A stretch of DNA of 35,233 nt. It comes from a virus (Duplodnaviria > Caudoviricetes). The DNA lies in the IMG/VR virus record IMGVR_UViG_3300011339_000251, positions 1 through 35,233 of that record. The stretch is one strand, 5' to 3'. The notes beneath the pieces are model-generated. The model made no database searches. It worked only from the letters and a program-made list of their open reading frames with translations, and was not told the DNA's origin. The translations under genes and the position numbers were made by a program. Each line of letters begins with the position of its first letter. Positions within the stretch are counted from its first letter, which is position 1. This document shows positions 1 to 7,899 of this stretch, piece after piece.

Positions 1-222
1 TAGCAAGTACATCTTCTTCCGACCACACGCAAACCGCAACTTCGTCCCAATCGGCGATGAGCGTATGAGTACCAACCAAGATGCCATCGTGCGCTGGATT
101 GGATGGGCTGGAAATATGACTGCCTCGGGACTTCAGTTCCAAGGCGTTATGACTGAATAAGGAGAAAATCATGCCTGATTACGTCACCGATGGAAAAATT
201 GGTATTGACCTAACCGCAACCT
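1..222. repeat. Terminal direct repeat (copy 1), circular-assembly overlap
   Basis: 1-222 matches 35012-35233 except G96 vs T35107; spans the end of the major capsid gene and the start of the next gene. Confidence 0.97.
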
Positions 223-704
223 ATGCGTCAACGTCTGCCGGTTCTACTACCTTGTTTCCCGTTACCCCTGGTACACGGGTTAACACCTCCAACAACGGCG
301 TGTATATGTTTGTCCGCGCCGAATCCACCATCAACGCATTTGATGCTGTGATCATGTCCACTTATGCAGATTCGGCGAGTACTACTCCCGTTATGCGTGC
401 TGTACCTGTGACCACCACCAATGCCGCTGCGCTGGGTTTTAACATGGTTGGCTTTGCACAAACCGCGATTGCCTCTAGCTACTACGGCTGGGTTGGTCTG
501 AATGGTTTGCTCAAGGTTAACTTGCTGGTAGCTTGCCAGCCTAAAGTGCCTTTGTACACCACCGCTACCGCTGGATCGCTGGATGACACAACCGTGTCTG
601 CCGGTTTCATCCAAGGTATTGTGGCTAATACCTCGGCAACGTCAGCATCTGCACCATTCTGCATGGTCAACAATGCTGGCTTGATCATGGTCGGAGCAGG
701 CTAA
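171..704 (+). CDS. Capsid decoration/cement (minor capsid) protein
   Basis: Directly after major capsid gene, strong RBS (AAGGAG), Ala/Thr/Ser-rich 177 aa, YGWV..G motif typical of decoration proteins. Confidence 0.7.
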   Translation: MPDYVTDGKIGIDLTATYASTSAGSTTLFPVTPGTRVNTSNNGVYMFVRAESTINAFDAVIMSTYADSASTTPVMRAVPVTTTNAAALGFNMVGFAQTAIASSYYGWVGLNGLLKVNLLVACQPKVPLYTTATAGSLDDTTVSAGFIQGIVANTSATSASAPFCMVNNAGLIMVGAG

Positions 705-712
705 GACGGATT

Positions 713-738
713 CCCCGCTAAAGAAGCGGGGTTTTCTT
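713..738 (+). terminator. Intrinsic terminator after capsid/decoration genes
   Basis: CCCCGCT-aaaga-AGCGGGG hairpin followed by TTTTCTT. Confidence 0.85.
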
Positions 739-739
739 A

Positions 740-2380
740 ATGAGTTTTTTACCCCTTAAAGTTACCGGTCAATGTGTCGCGGATGACGACACGCTATTTG
801 CGCACATGGATGCCGCAATAGCGCGAGGGTATCCGCAAGTCACCGAAAAGCAAGACACAAAGACTGACCCGATTTTGTTGGTGGCAAGCGCCCCAAGCGT
901 TAAAGGGCAAATAGAACTCATCAAGAAAATGCAAGCAGCCGGTGCGCCGGTTGTTGCCATTAAGGGCGCACACGATTGGTTAATTGACAACGGCGTGATC
1001 CCCGACTACGCTTTAGCAATTGACCCGCAAGAGCATCGTATTGCGTTTTACAAGCCGCACAAAGCCGTTCGGTACATGATTGCTTCGCAATGCCATCCGG
1101 CAATGTTTGATAACCTTGCGGGCTACGATGTAACCCTATGGCATCCATACGTTATGAAGGGCCAAACGCGCCCCAAATCGTCCATGTTAATAGGTGGTGG
1201 CACAACCTCCGGCCTGCGCGCTATTTCGCTGTTTTATGTGCTTGGATGGCGGCAATTTGAATTGTTTGGGTTTGATTCCTGTAACACCAATGAAGCGTTA
1301 CGGGTTAACGGCGATGGCCTAAAAGATGGCGACAAGCTAATTGAAGTTAGGATCGACCCTGATGGCGAGACTTTCCATTGCAATACGGCAATGGCGTTGC
1401 AAGCCGAGCATTTTCAAACTTATTACGACTACTTACCGGATGCGGTTTTCAATGGTCATGGGCACGGACTAATCCAAGCCATCATCCGCAAAAGGCAAGA
1501 AAACATGATGGAATTAGGCAACATTATTAACAATCAAACGCAACAAAATGATAGGGTTTCGTTTATCCATTTTGGCGATCATTGGTCGGCAAGCTGGCGT
1601 TACAGGGCAAAGATACCGTCGGGCGATTGGGCAAGCCTTAACGACTTGACCGCCGGAACACTAGTTTTTGCCAAACCCCAAGCGCATGAACTAATGGACA
1701 TGGCACGGGCTAAAGCGCGTGGCGCACGGGTAATCGTGGACTTTTGCGACGACCATTTTAATTGGACGCATTACGCCGAGGCGTTGCGGATTGCCGATGC
1801 GGTAACTTGCCCAACCCAAGAAATGGCAAAACGCATTAAAGCATTGGGCTACGAAGCAACCGTGATTCCCGACCCATTTGAATACAAAGAAATGCCGCCG
1901 CATTGCACTGGTGTCAATTTGCTTTGGTACGGTCATGCCGTCAACAAACAAAGTTTACAACGCATTTTGCCGGACATTGAGGAATATCCTTTGCGGGTTG
2001 TGTCCAACTTTGGCGGGGCAATTCCTTGGTCGCATGAAACCATGTTGAAGGAATTTGCCCGCGCTGACATCGTAATAATTCCCGCTACGGATACTTACAA
2101 AAGCCCAAATCGGGCAATTGAGGCAACTAGGCAAGGTTGTTTTGTGGTCGCGGAGCCGCATCCGGCTTTGGACGGCTTTCCTGGCATCTGGATTGGCAAC
2201 ATTAAAGAGGGTATCAAATGGACGACACAAAGGAACGTGTGGAGAAATATCTCGGCGGCGCAAAAATTCGTGATGGAAAAATATTCGCCGCAAATAGTGA
2301 TCGATGCATGGAAGACGATTACGAAACGGCCTATAACCTTGGATGCGGCAAAAAGCACTGGAACGGATGGGTTAACGTAG
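740..2380 (+). CDS. Fusion of N-terminal DUF115/MptE-like (Maf-type) domain and C-terminal GT-B (GT4-like) glycosyltransferase
   Basis: N-half: LVASAPSV...AIKGAHDWL..NGVIPD....DP and GGTTSG.RA....LG.....FGFDS. C-half: SWRYRA, DFCDDHF, ADAVTCPT, VIPD, LWYG, ADIVIIP, KSPNR..EA...G..VVA, YSP. Confidence 0.75.
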   Translation: MSFLPLKVTGQCVADDDTLFAHMDAAIARGYPQVTEKQDTKTDPILLVASAPSVKGQIELIKKMQAAGAPVVAIKGAHDWLIDNGVIPDYALAIDPQEHRIAFYKPHKAVRYMIASQCHPAMFDNLAGYDVTLWHPYVMKGQTRPKSSMLIGGGTTSGLRAISLFYVLGWRQFELFGFDSCNTNEALRVNGDGLKDGDKLIEVRIDPDGETFHCNTAMALQAEHFQTYYDYLPDAVFNGHGHGLIQAIIRKRQENMMELGNIINNQTQQNDRVSFIHFGDHWSASWRYRAKIPSGDWASLNDLTAGTLVFAKPQAHELMDMARAKARGARVIVDFCDDHFNWTHYAEALRIADAVTCPTQEMAKRIKALGYEATVIPDPFEYKEMPPHCTGVNLLWYGHAVNKQSLQRILPDIEEYPLRVVSNFGGAIPWSHETMLKEFARADIVIIPATDTYKSPNRAIEATRQGCFVVAEPHPALDGFPGIWIGNIKEGIKWTTQRNVWRNISAAQKFVMEKYSPQIVIDAWKTITKRPITLDAAKSTGTDGLT

Positions 2381-2820
2381 ACCTTTATTCGGATGTTTCG
2401 GACATTAAATGCGACTTGCGTAAGCTTGAACTTGCAAGCAATTCAGCCGATGCGGTTGCCGCCATTCATGTGTTGGAGCATTTTTATGAATGGGAAGTGC
2501 ACGCTTTGTTGACCGAATGGATGCGCGTGTTAAAGCCAGGCGGCAAGATGATTCTTGAACTTCCGTGCATGGACAAGGTGTTTGCTTACATCCACAATTG
2601 CGTAGTGCATAAACAGTCATTGCAACCGTTTATGACCACCTATGCGCTATGGGGTGATCCTAAATACAAAGATTCTGCCATGTGCCATCGGTGGGGCTGG
2701 TTTGAAACCCCGTTGCGCCAAATGCTGCAATCCGTAGGCATGGAACGGATCGAATTTCTTGACCCGCGCTATCATTTTCCGTTTAGAGATATGAGGATCG
2801 AATGCTACAAGGTGTCTTAA
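2308..2820 (+). CDS. Class I SAM-dependent methyltransferase
   Basis: Motifs NLGCG, WVNVD, CDLRKL, HVLEH, EWMRVLKPGG; start placed at MEDDYE (ORF is open from 2218). Confidence 0.88.
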   Translation: MEDDYETAYNLGCGKKHWNGWVNVDLYSDVSDIKCDLRKLELASNSADAVAAIHVLEHFYEWEVHALLTEWMRVLKPGGKMILELPCMDKVFAYIHNCVVHKQSLQPFMTTYALWGDPKYKDSAMCHRWGWFETPLRQMLQSVGMERIEFLDPRYHFPFRDMRIECYKVS

Positions 2821-3536
2821 GCAACGAGGAGCGTCATGCCCAAATGTCGCAAGCAAATGGGCAAATGCTCAAAAAACGGCCCAAATTTAACAACAAATGG
2901 GCATCAATTGTTTGTTATGGCCCAAGCCTTGCGGACACATGGAAGCTTATAAAACGCCCAATTGTCACGGTGTCAGGGGCGCATGACTACCTTGTAAGGC
3001 GCGGGATTGTGCCTGATTTCCATGTTGATTGCGACCCAAGGGAACACAAAGCACGGATGCTGCAAAACCCTCAAAGCAAGACAACTTACCTAATGGCGAC
3101 GGTTTGCCATCCAAAATATTGGGAAGTGCTAAAAGGCCACAATGTCCGGCTTTGGCATCTAATCAACGGCGATGACCTAGAAACCGTGGCTTGGGTGCTA
3201 GAAAACCATCCAGAAGGCGCAAATAGCATGGTTGGCGGAGGTAGTTCGGTTGGGCAACGGGCAATGAATGTCATGGCGGCGCTAGGCTACCGGCGATTTA
3301 ACGTCCACGGCATGGATTGTTCATTTACAACCGACCGGCACGCTGGGCCACATTTTGGTAAAGAACAAGCTAAAATCTTTGTGCAAGCTGGAAACAGGGT
3401 GTTTCAGACCACAAGACAAATGCTACAAGCGGCGATTGAGATGGAGCAATTCATCACAACTCAGGATGCGGAGGTCGCATTTTTCGGTGATGGTTTAATG
3501 CAAGAAACCGCACTTCAACTAAAGGAAATGGCATGA
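2802..3536 (+). CDS. Second DUF115/MptE-like (Maf-type) protein
   Basis: IVCYGPSL...TVSGAHDYL..RGIVPD....DP and GGSSVG.RA....LGY....HGMDCS; evident paralog of the N-half of 740..2380. Confidence 0.78.
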   Translation: MLQGVLSNEERHAQMSQANGQMLKKRPKFNNKWASIVCYGPSLADTWKLIKRPIVTVSGAHDYLVRRGIVPDFHVDCDPREHKARMLQNPQSKTTYLMATVCHPKYWEVLKGHNVRLWHLINGDDLETVAWVLENHPEGANSMVGGGSSVGQRAMNVMAALGYRRFNVHGMDCSFTTDRHAGPHFGKEQAKIFVQAGNRVFQTTRQMLQAAIEMEQFITTQDAEVAFFGDGLMQETALQLKEMA

Positions 3537-4120
3537 AGAACGAGACGGCTGGATGGACAAACGAAAGTTTCATGGAAGACAATCGCGGCAAGATGGCGGT
3601 GTTTTTCCATGCGGTTCAAGTCAAAAACAACTTTAAAACGGAAATGGAAAAGCGCCCAATCTTTGAGGAACGCATTTTCTTGAAAAAGCTTGTTCCAGGG
3701 GATTCAACGCTAGTGGTTGACCGCCCAATGCGTGAAGCCGATATGGAAGATTACCCTATTGAATGGGCACGGTTTGAGCAGAAGAAAGAGCAAAAAGCCG
3801 ACGGAACGCCTATTGATGCGTGGATCGCAATTAACGATACGCAAAAAGCCGAATTTAAGGCGTTGCATATCTTTACGATTGACCAGTTTGCCAAGCTACC
3901 GGATAGCGCGGGGAACAAGATCATGGGCTTTAATGATCTAAGGGCTAAAGCCCGCGCATTTATTGGGGCGGCACAAGATAGCCAAATGATGGACAGAATC
4001 CGCGCCGAAACCGATGAAAAATTAAAGGCGCAAGAGGTTGAAATGTCCGAACTTCGTGCGATGATTGCGGAACTAACATCCAAAAAAGCGGGTAGACCCC
4101 GCAAAGAAACGGTGGAATAA
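3533..4120 (+). CDS. Hypothetical phage protein (morphogenesis region)
   Basis: 195-aa ORF, ATGA overlap with upstream gene, C-terminal coiled coil and GRPRK tail. Confidence 0.7.
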   Translation: MKNETAGWTNESFMEDNRGKMAVFFHAVQVKNNFKTEMEKRPIFEERIFLKKLVPGDSTLVVDRPMREADMEDYPIEWARFEQKKEQKADGTPIDAWIAINDTQKAEFKALHIFTIDQFAKLPDSAGNKIMGFNDLRAKARAFIGAAQDSQMMDRIRAETDEKLKAQEVEMSELRAMIAELTSKKAGRPRKETVE

Positions 4121-5038
4121 ATGGCCTACACATTACTACAATTGATTGACCAAGTTTCGGGCGAACTGGGCTTGTCCCAACCAACTGTAGTAATTGGCTC
4201 CACCAACAACCAAAGCACGCAGTTTTTAGCTTTGGCGCAGCGGTTGGGCAAAGACTTAGTGCGTGAATTTGAATGGCAACGCTTGGTTAAGGCTTACGTC
4301 TTGCAAACAACCGCCGGAATCAGCACCACCGGCACGATTACGGCGGGGTCAAAGGTCATTACTAGCATGGGAACGACCGCGGGCTTAGAAGTGGGAAATG
4401 TGGTTACGGGCACGGGCCAGGCGCCATACGCTGAGATTTTGACCATTGATTCGGGAAGCCAAGTCACGTTAAATACGCCGGTTGCAACTTCTACGGCGGC
4501 GGTGTCCATGACGTTTGCAAAGCAAGACTATGCAATGCCAAGCGATTTTGACCGCATGATTTCCGATACCAATTGGGATCGAACAAACCATTGGCGCAAC
4601 CTTGGAACAAAGACTAGCCAAGAATGGCAATGGTTGCAAGGCGGCATTATTTCGGTTGGCCCAAGGGAACGCTATCGGATTTACAACAACCGCCTGCGTA
4701 TTTTTCAAGCCTTAACAAGCATTTACACCTTTGCGTTTGAGTACGTCAGCAACTATTGGGTGATGAGCGCAGCAGCAACGGCAGGCGACAAAGGCGCATA
4801 CACGCTTGATAGCGACACAACAATCTTTCCCGATGACCTTATGTTGGCGGGTTTAAAGTTCTATTTTCTTAAAGCCAAAAAGCTAGATTACTCCGTTGAA
4901 TTGGGCGAATTTATGCGTGCGCTAAGTTACACCAAGGCGCAAGATGTGCCCGTACCGGCGCAATCCCTTGCCCCAATTGGCATGAATCCGCTAGTTGGCC
5001 CGTGGAGTGTTCAAGATGGCAACTGGCCCGCACAATAA
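4121..5038 (+). CDS. Head-to-tail adaptor / tail tubular protein A-like, with inserted Thr-rich domain
   Basis: Position before the nozzle gene; TLLQLI..V..ELG N-terminus, Y.MPSDF.R, FEY.S, FPDDL motifs. Confidence 0.65.
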   Translation: MAYTLLQLIDQVSGELGLSQPTVVIGSTNNQSTQFLALAQRLGKDLVREFEWQRLVKAYVLQTTAGISTTGTITAGSKVITSMGTTAGLEVGNVVTGTGQAPYAEILTIDSGSQVTLNTPVATSTAAVSMTFAKQDYAMPSDFDRMISDTNWDRTNHWRNLGTKTSQEWQWLQGGIISVGPRERYRIYNNRLRIFQALTSIYTFAFEYVSNYWVMSAAATAGDKGAYTLDSDTTIFPDDLMLAGLKFYFLKAKKLDYSVELGEFMRALSYTKAQDVPVPAQSLAPIGMNPLVGPWSVQDGNWPAQ

Positions 5039-5041
5039 ATA

Positions 5042-6589
5042 ATGTTAAATTCATTTGCCAACAAGCCGTCAACACAACGAAGCCAATCGGTTTCGGTAGC
5101 TGCGCCCATTGGCGGTTGGAATGCCCGTGATTCTTTAGGCGCAATGGATCCATTGGATGCCGTTACCCTGACAAACTTTTGGCCTGGCACAAATTCGGTC
5201 ATTTTGCGAAACGGATACACCAAATACGCTACCGGCATTACCGGCGTGGTGCAAAGCCTATTTGCTTATAGTTCGGGCACATCCAACAAGTTGTTTGCCG
5301 TAGCGATAGATTCAATTTACGATGTTACGGCTGGCGGCGCGGTTGGTGCTGCTAGTGTTACCGGCCTATCGAACGCCAAATTTCAATACATCAACATTAC
5401 GACTACAGGCGGGTCTTATTTGATGTGTGTAAACGGTGCAGACAAGCTTCGCACTTTTGACGGCACGTCTTGGCACATAGACGGCGATGGTGCGCCGTAT
5501 GACATCACCGGCGTAGATACCGCAAATTGTGCAAACATTACGCTGTTTAAAAACCGTGTGTGGTTGGTGGAAAATAATTCGCTAAAAGCATGGTATTTGC
5601 CAATCAACAGCATTGGCGGCGCGGCAACAGCATTAAACATGACAAGCTTGGTTCAACTAGGCGGCTACATCATGGCTGGCATGACTTGGACGCTAGACGC
5701 TGGCTATGGCGTAGACGATTACCTTGCGTTCATTACAAGCAATGGTGAAGTAGTGGTTTGGCGGTTAACCGACCCCACAACGCCAAGCGGCATATCCATG
5801 ACCGGCTTATGGCAAATTGGCGCACCCATTGGGCGGCGTTGCTGGATCAAATACGGCGGCGATTTGTTGTTGATTACTCAAGATGGCGTAATGCCAATGT
5901 CGGGTTCTTTGCAATCAAGCCGCCTTGATCCTCGGGTGTCTATTACCAACAAAATTCAATTTGCGGTAAGCCAAGCGGTTAGTTCTTATGGGCAAAACTT
6001 TGGTTGGAATTTGCTTTACTACCCCAAAGAAAACCAACTTTACTTAAATGTGCCAATTGCGTCGGGGCAAGAGCAGCAATATGTGATGAACACCATCACT
6101 AAAAGCTGGTGTAACTTTACGGGCTGGAGCGCCAATTGTTGGGAAATTTGGCAAGATGATCCCTATTTTGGCGGCAATGGCTACGTTGGTTTAGCTTGGC
6201 AAGGCTCGGTAGATGACACTTCCAACATCAACGGTTTTGCCCTGCAAAGCTTCCAAAATTACGGAACATCTACCCAAAAGCAATGCAAGATGATTCGTTA
6301 TCATTTGCTAAGTAACGGCACGCCGTCTATTTTTGGCAATGTAAACGTCGATTACAACTTAGACAACAATAGCGCCCAATTAAGTTTTTCCGCTTCGCAA
6401 TTTGGCACTTGGGATAATGCTTTGTGGGACATTTCCTATTGGGGCGGCGGGTTGTCACCTACCGCCGATTGGCAAGGAACAACGGGGATTGGATATTCTT
6501 TTGCTCCCACGTTGAACACAGCTACGCAGGGTATAGAATTGCAATGGGTCGCAACCGACTTGGTGTTTGAGGCTGGTGGTGTCCTTTGA
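5042..6589 (+). CDS. Tail tubular protein B / head-closure nozzle (P22 gp10-like)
   Basis: 515 aa beta-rich; APIGGWNARD N-terminus, FKNRVW motif; position after adaptor. Confidence 0.7.
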   Translation: MLNSFANKPSTQRSQSVSVAAPIGGWNARDSLGAMDPLDAVTLTNFWPGTNSVILRNGYTKYATGITGVVQSLFAYSSGTSNKLFAVAIDSIYDVTAGGAVGAASVTGLSNAKFQYINITTTGGSYLMCVNGADKLRTFDGTSWHIDGDGAPYDITGVDTANCANITLFKNRVWLVENNSLKAWYLPINSIGGAATALNMTSLVQLGGYIMAGMTWTLDAGYGVDDYLAFITSNGEVVVWRLTDPTTPSGISMTGLWQIGAPIGRRCWIKYGGDLLLITQDGVMPMSGSLQSSRLDPRVSITNKIQFAVSQAVSSYGQNFGWNLLYYPKENQLYLNVPIASGQEQQYVMNTITKSWCNFTGWSANCWEIWQDDPYFGGNGYVGLAWQGSVDDTSNINGFALQSFQNYGTSTQKQCKMIRYHLLSNGTPSIFGNVNVDYNLDNNSAQLSFSASQFGTWDNALWDISYWGGGLSPTADWQGTTGIGYSFAPTLNTATQGIELQWVATDLVFEAGGVL

Positions 6590-7022
6590 GATCACTTCCG
6601 ACCATGCAGCAGGGCACTGGACTGCACAAAAGGTCGATGGTGGCTACTTTCAAGAGCGCAGCCGGTCTATCGGGTTGAAGAAAAACGGCGAATTTGTCGC
6701 TGGTGTCATTTACGAAAACTGGCATGGCAAATCAATTACTTGCCACATTGCAGTCACCGGACGCATGACATCGGCCTATCTGGGCGCTATTTTCCACTAC
6801 CCTTTTAATGTTTGTAAGGTCGGCAAAATCATTGTGCCGGTTAGCAGCGCAAACATTGCAAGCATCAAATTTGTTGAAAAAATGGGCTTTTTAGAAGAAG
6901 CGCGGATTAAAGATGCAATGGCTGATGGGGATATGGTAATCCTCACAATGCCAAAAGAACGATGCAAATATTTGGAGTATAGATATGGGAAAACAAGCAC
7001 CAACGCCACCGGCAACGCCTGA
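6567..7022 (+). CDS. GNAT-fold acetyltransferase-like protein (tail region)
   Basis: N.ASIKFVEKMGF.EE GNAT motif; usual position after the nozzle gene in podoviruses; true start may be slightly downstream. Confidence 0.75.
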   Translation: MRLVVSFEITSDHAAGHWTAQKVDGGYFQERSRSIGLKKNGEFVAGVIYENWHGKSITCHIAVTGRMTSAYLGAIFHYPFNVCKVGKIIVPVSSANIASIKFVEKMGFLEEARIKDAMADGDMVILTMPKERCKYLEYRYGKTSTNATGNA

Positions 7023-7884
7023 TTACAAAGGCGCTGCAAAAGAGCAAGGAATTGCAAACCTTGAAGCTTCGCGTTTGGGGTCAAAGTTATCTAATCCCAA
7101 TATGTACACGCCCTATGGCAATCAATTAATATCGTATGAGGGTGATCAACCAACTATCACGCAAACGCTAACGCCGGAGGCGCAAAGGACGTTAGATGAG
7201 CAACAAAAAACTCAGTACCAGCTTGCATCACTTGGCGGCAAAGGCGCAAACCTTGCAAGCAATGTGCTTGATAAATCTTTTAACTTTGGCGGGCCTGATG
7301 TCCAAACGTCACTAGATTTAAGCAATGTTGCCAAGATGCCCGTAAACGCTGGCACAACCGGCATGGAAGCCATCATGTCGCGTTTAGAGCCGTCTTTGGC
7401 ACGCAATAGGGTAAGCACGGAAACTAACCTGATTAATCAAGGCTTGCGACCAGGCACGGAGGCTTACGACAATGCTGCAAGACTGTTGGGCGAATCAGAA
7501 AACGACCAAAGAACACAAGCGGCTTTGCAAGGAATTAACCTAGATACCGCCGCTAACGCCCAAGGCTATAACCAAGCCCTACAAGGTGGACAATTTGCTA
7601 ACACCGCACAACAACAAGCATTGGCGCAAGCAATCCAAAACCGTCAAATGCCGTTAAATGAAATCGCGGCATTGATGTCCGGTAGTCAAATTCAAAACCC
7701 GCAATTTGGTGCTTATTCGGGATCAAACGTAACTGCCGCACCCACGTTTGCGGCTACGCAAGCACAAGGCCAAGCAGAGCAAAACAACTACAACCAACAA
7801 GTGGCAACGCAAAACGCTAACACAGCAGGGCTTTATAGTTTGCTTGGGGCGGGCACGGGCGCGGCTATTAAAAAATGGGGTTAA
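6985..7884 (+). CDS. Internal virion / DNA ejection protein
   Basis: MGK..P.PP..PDY N-terminus, Gln/Ala/Asn-rich, Gly-rich hydrophobic C-terminus, position after GNAT. Confidence 0.6.
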   Translation: MGKQAPTPPATPDYKGAAKEQGIANLEASRLGSKLSNPNMYTPYGNQLISYEGDQPTITQTLTPEAQRTLDEQQKTQYQLASLGGKGANLASNVLDKSFNFGGPDVQTSLDLSNVAKMPVNAGTTGMEAIMSRLEPSLARNRVSTETNLINQGLRPGTEAYDNAARLLGESENDQRTQAALQGINLDTAANAQGYNQALQGGQFANTAQQQALAQAIQNRQMPLNEIAALMSGSQIQNPQFGAYSGSNVTAAPTFAATQAQGQAEQNNYNQQVATQNANTAGLYSLLGAGTGAAIKKWG

Positions 7885-7899
7885 ATACGGAGATTCCAA

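Noticed and set aside
1-222. End repeat as a biological terminal repeat or attL/attR
   Set aside because: It begins and ends inside coding sequence, and no host genes or integrase are present; best explained as assembly overlap of a circularly permuted genome
2218-2307. Programmed frameshift fusing the glycosyltransferase to the methyltransferase
   Set aside because: The frames overlap, but I see no clear slippery heptamer with a downstream structure, and an internal ATG at 2308 explains the gene
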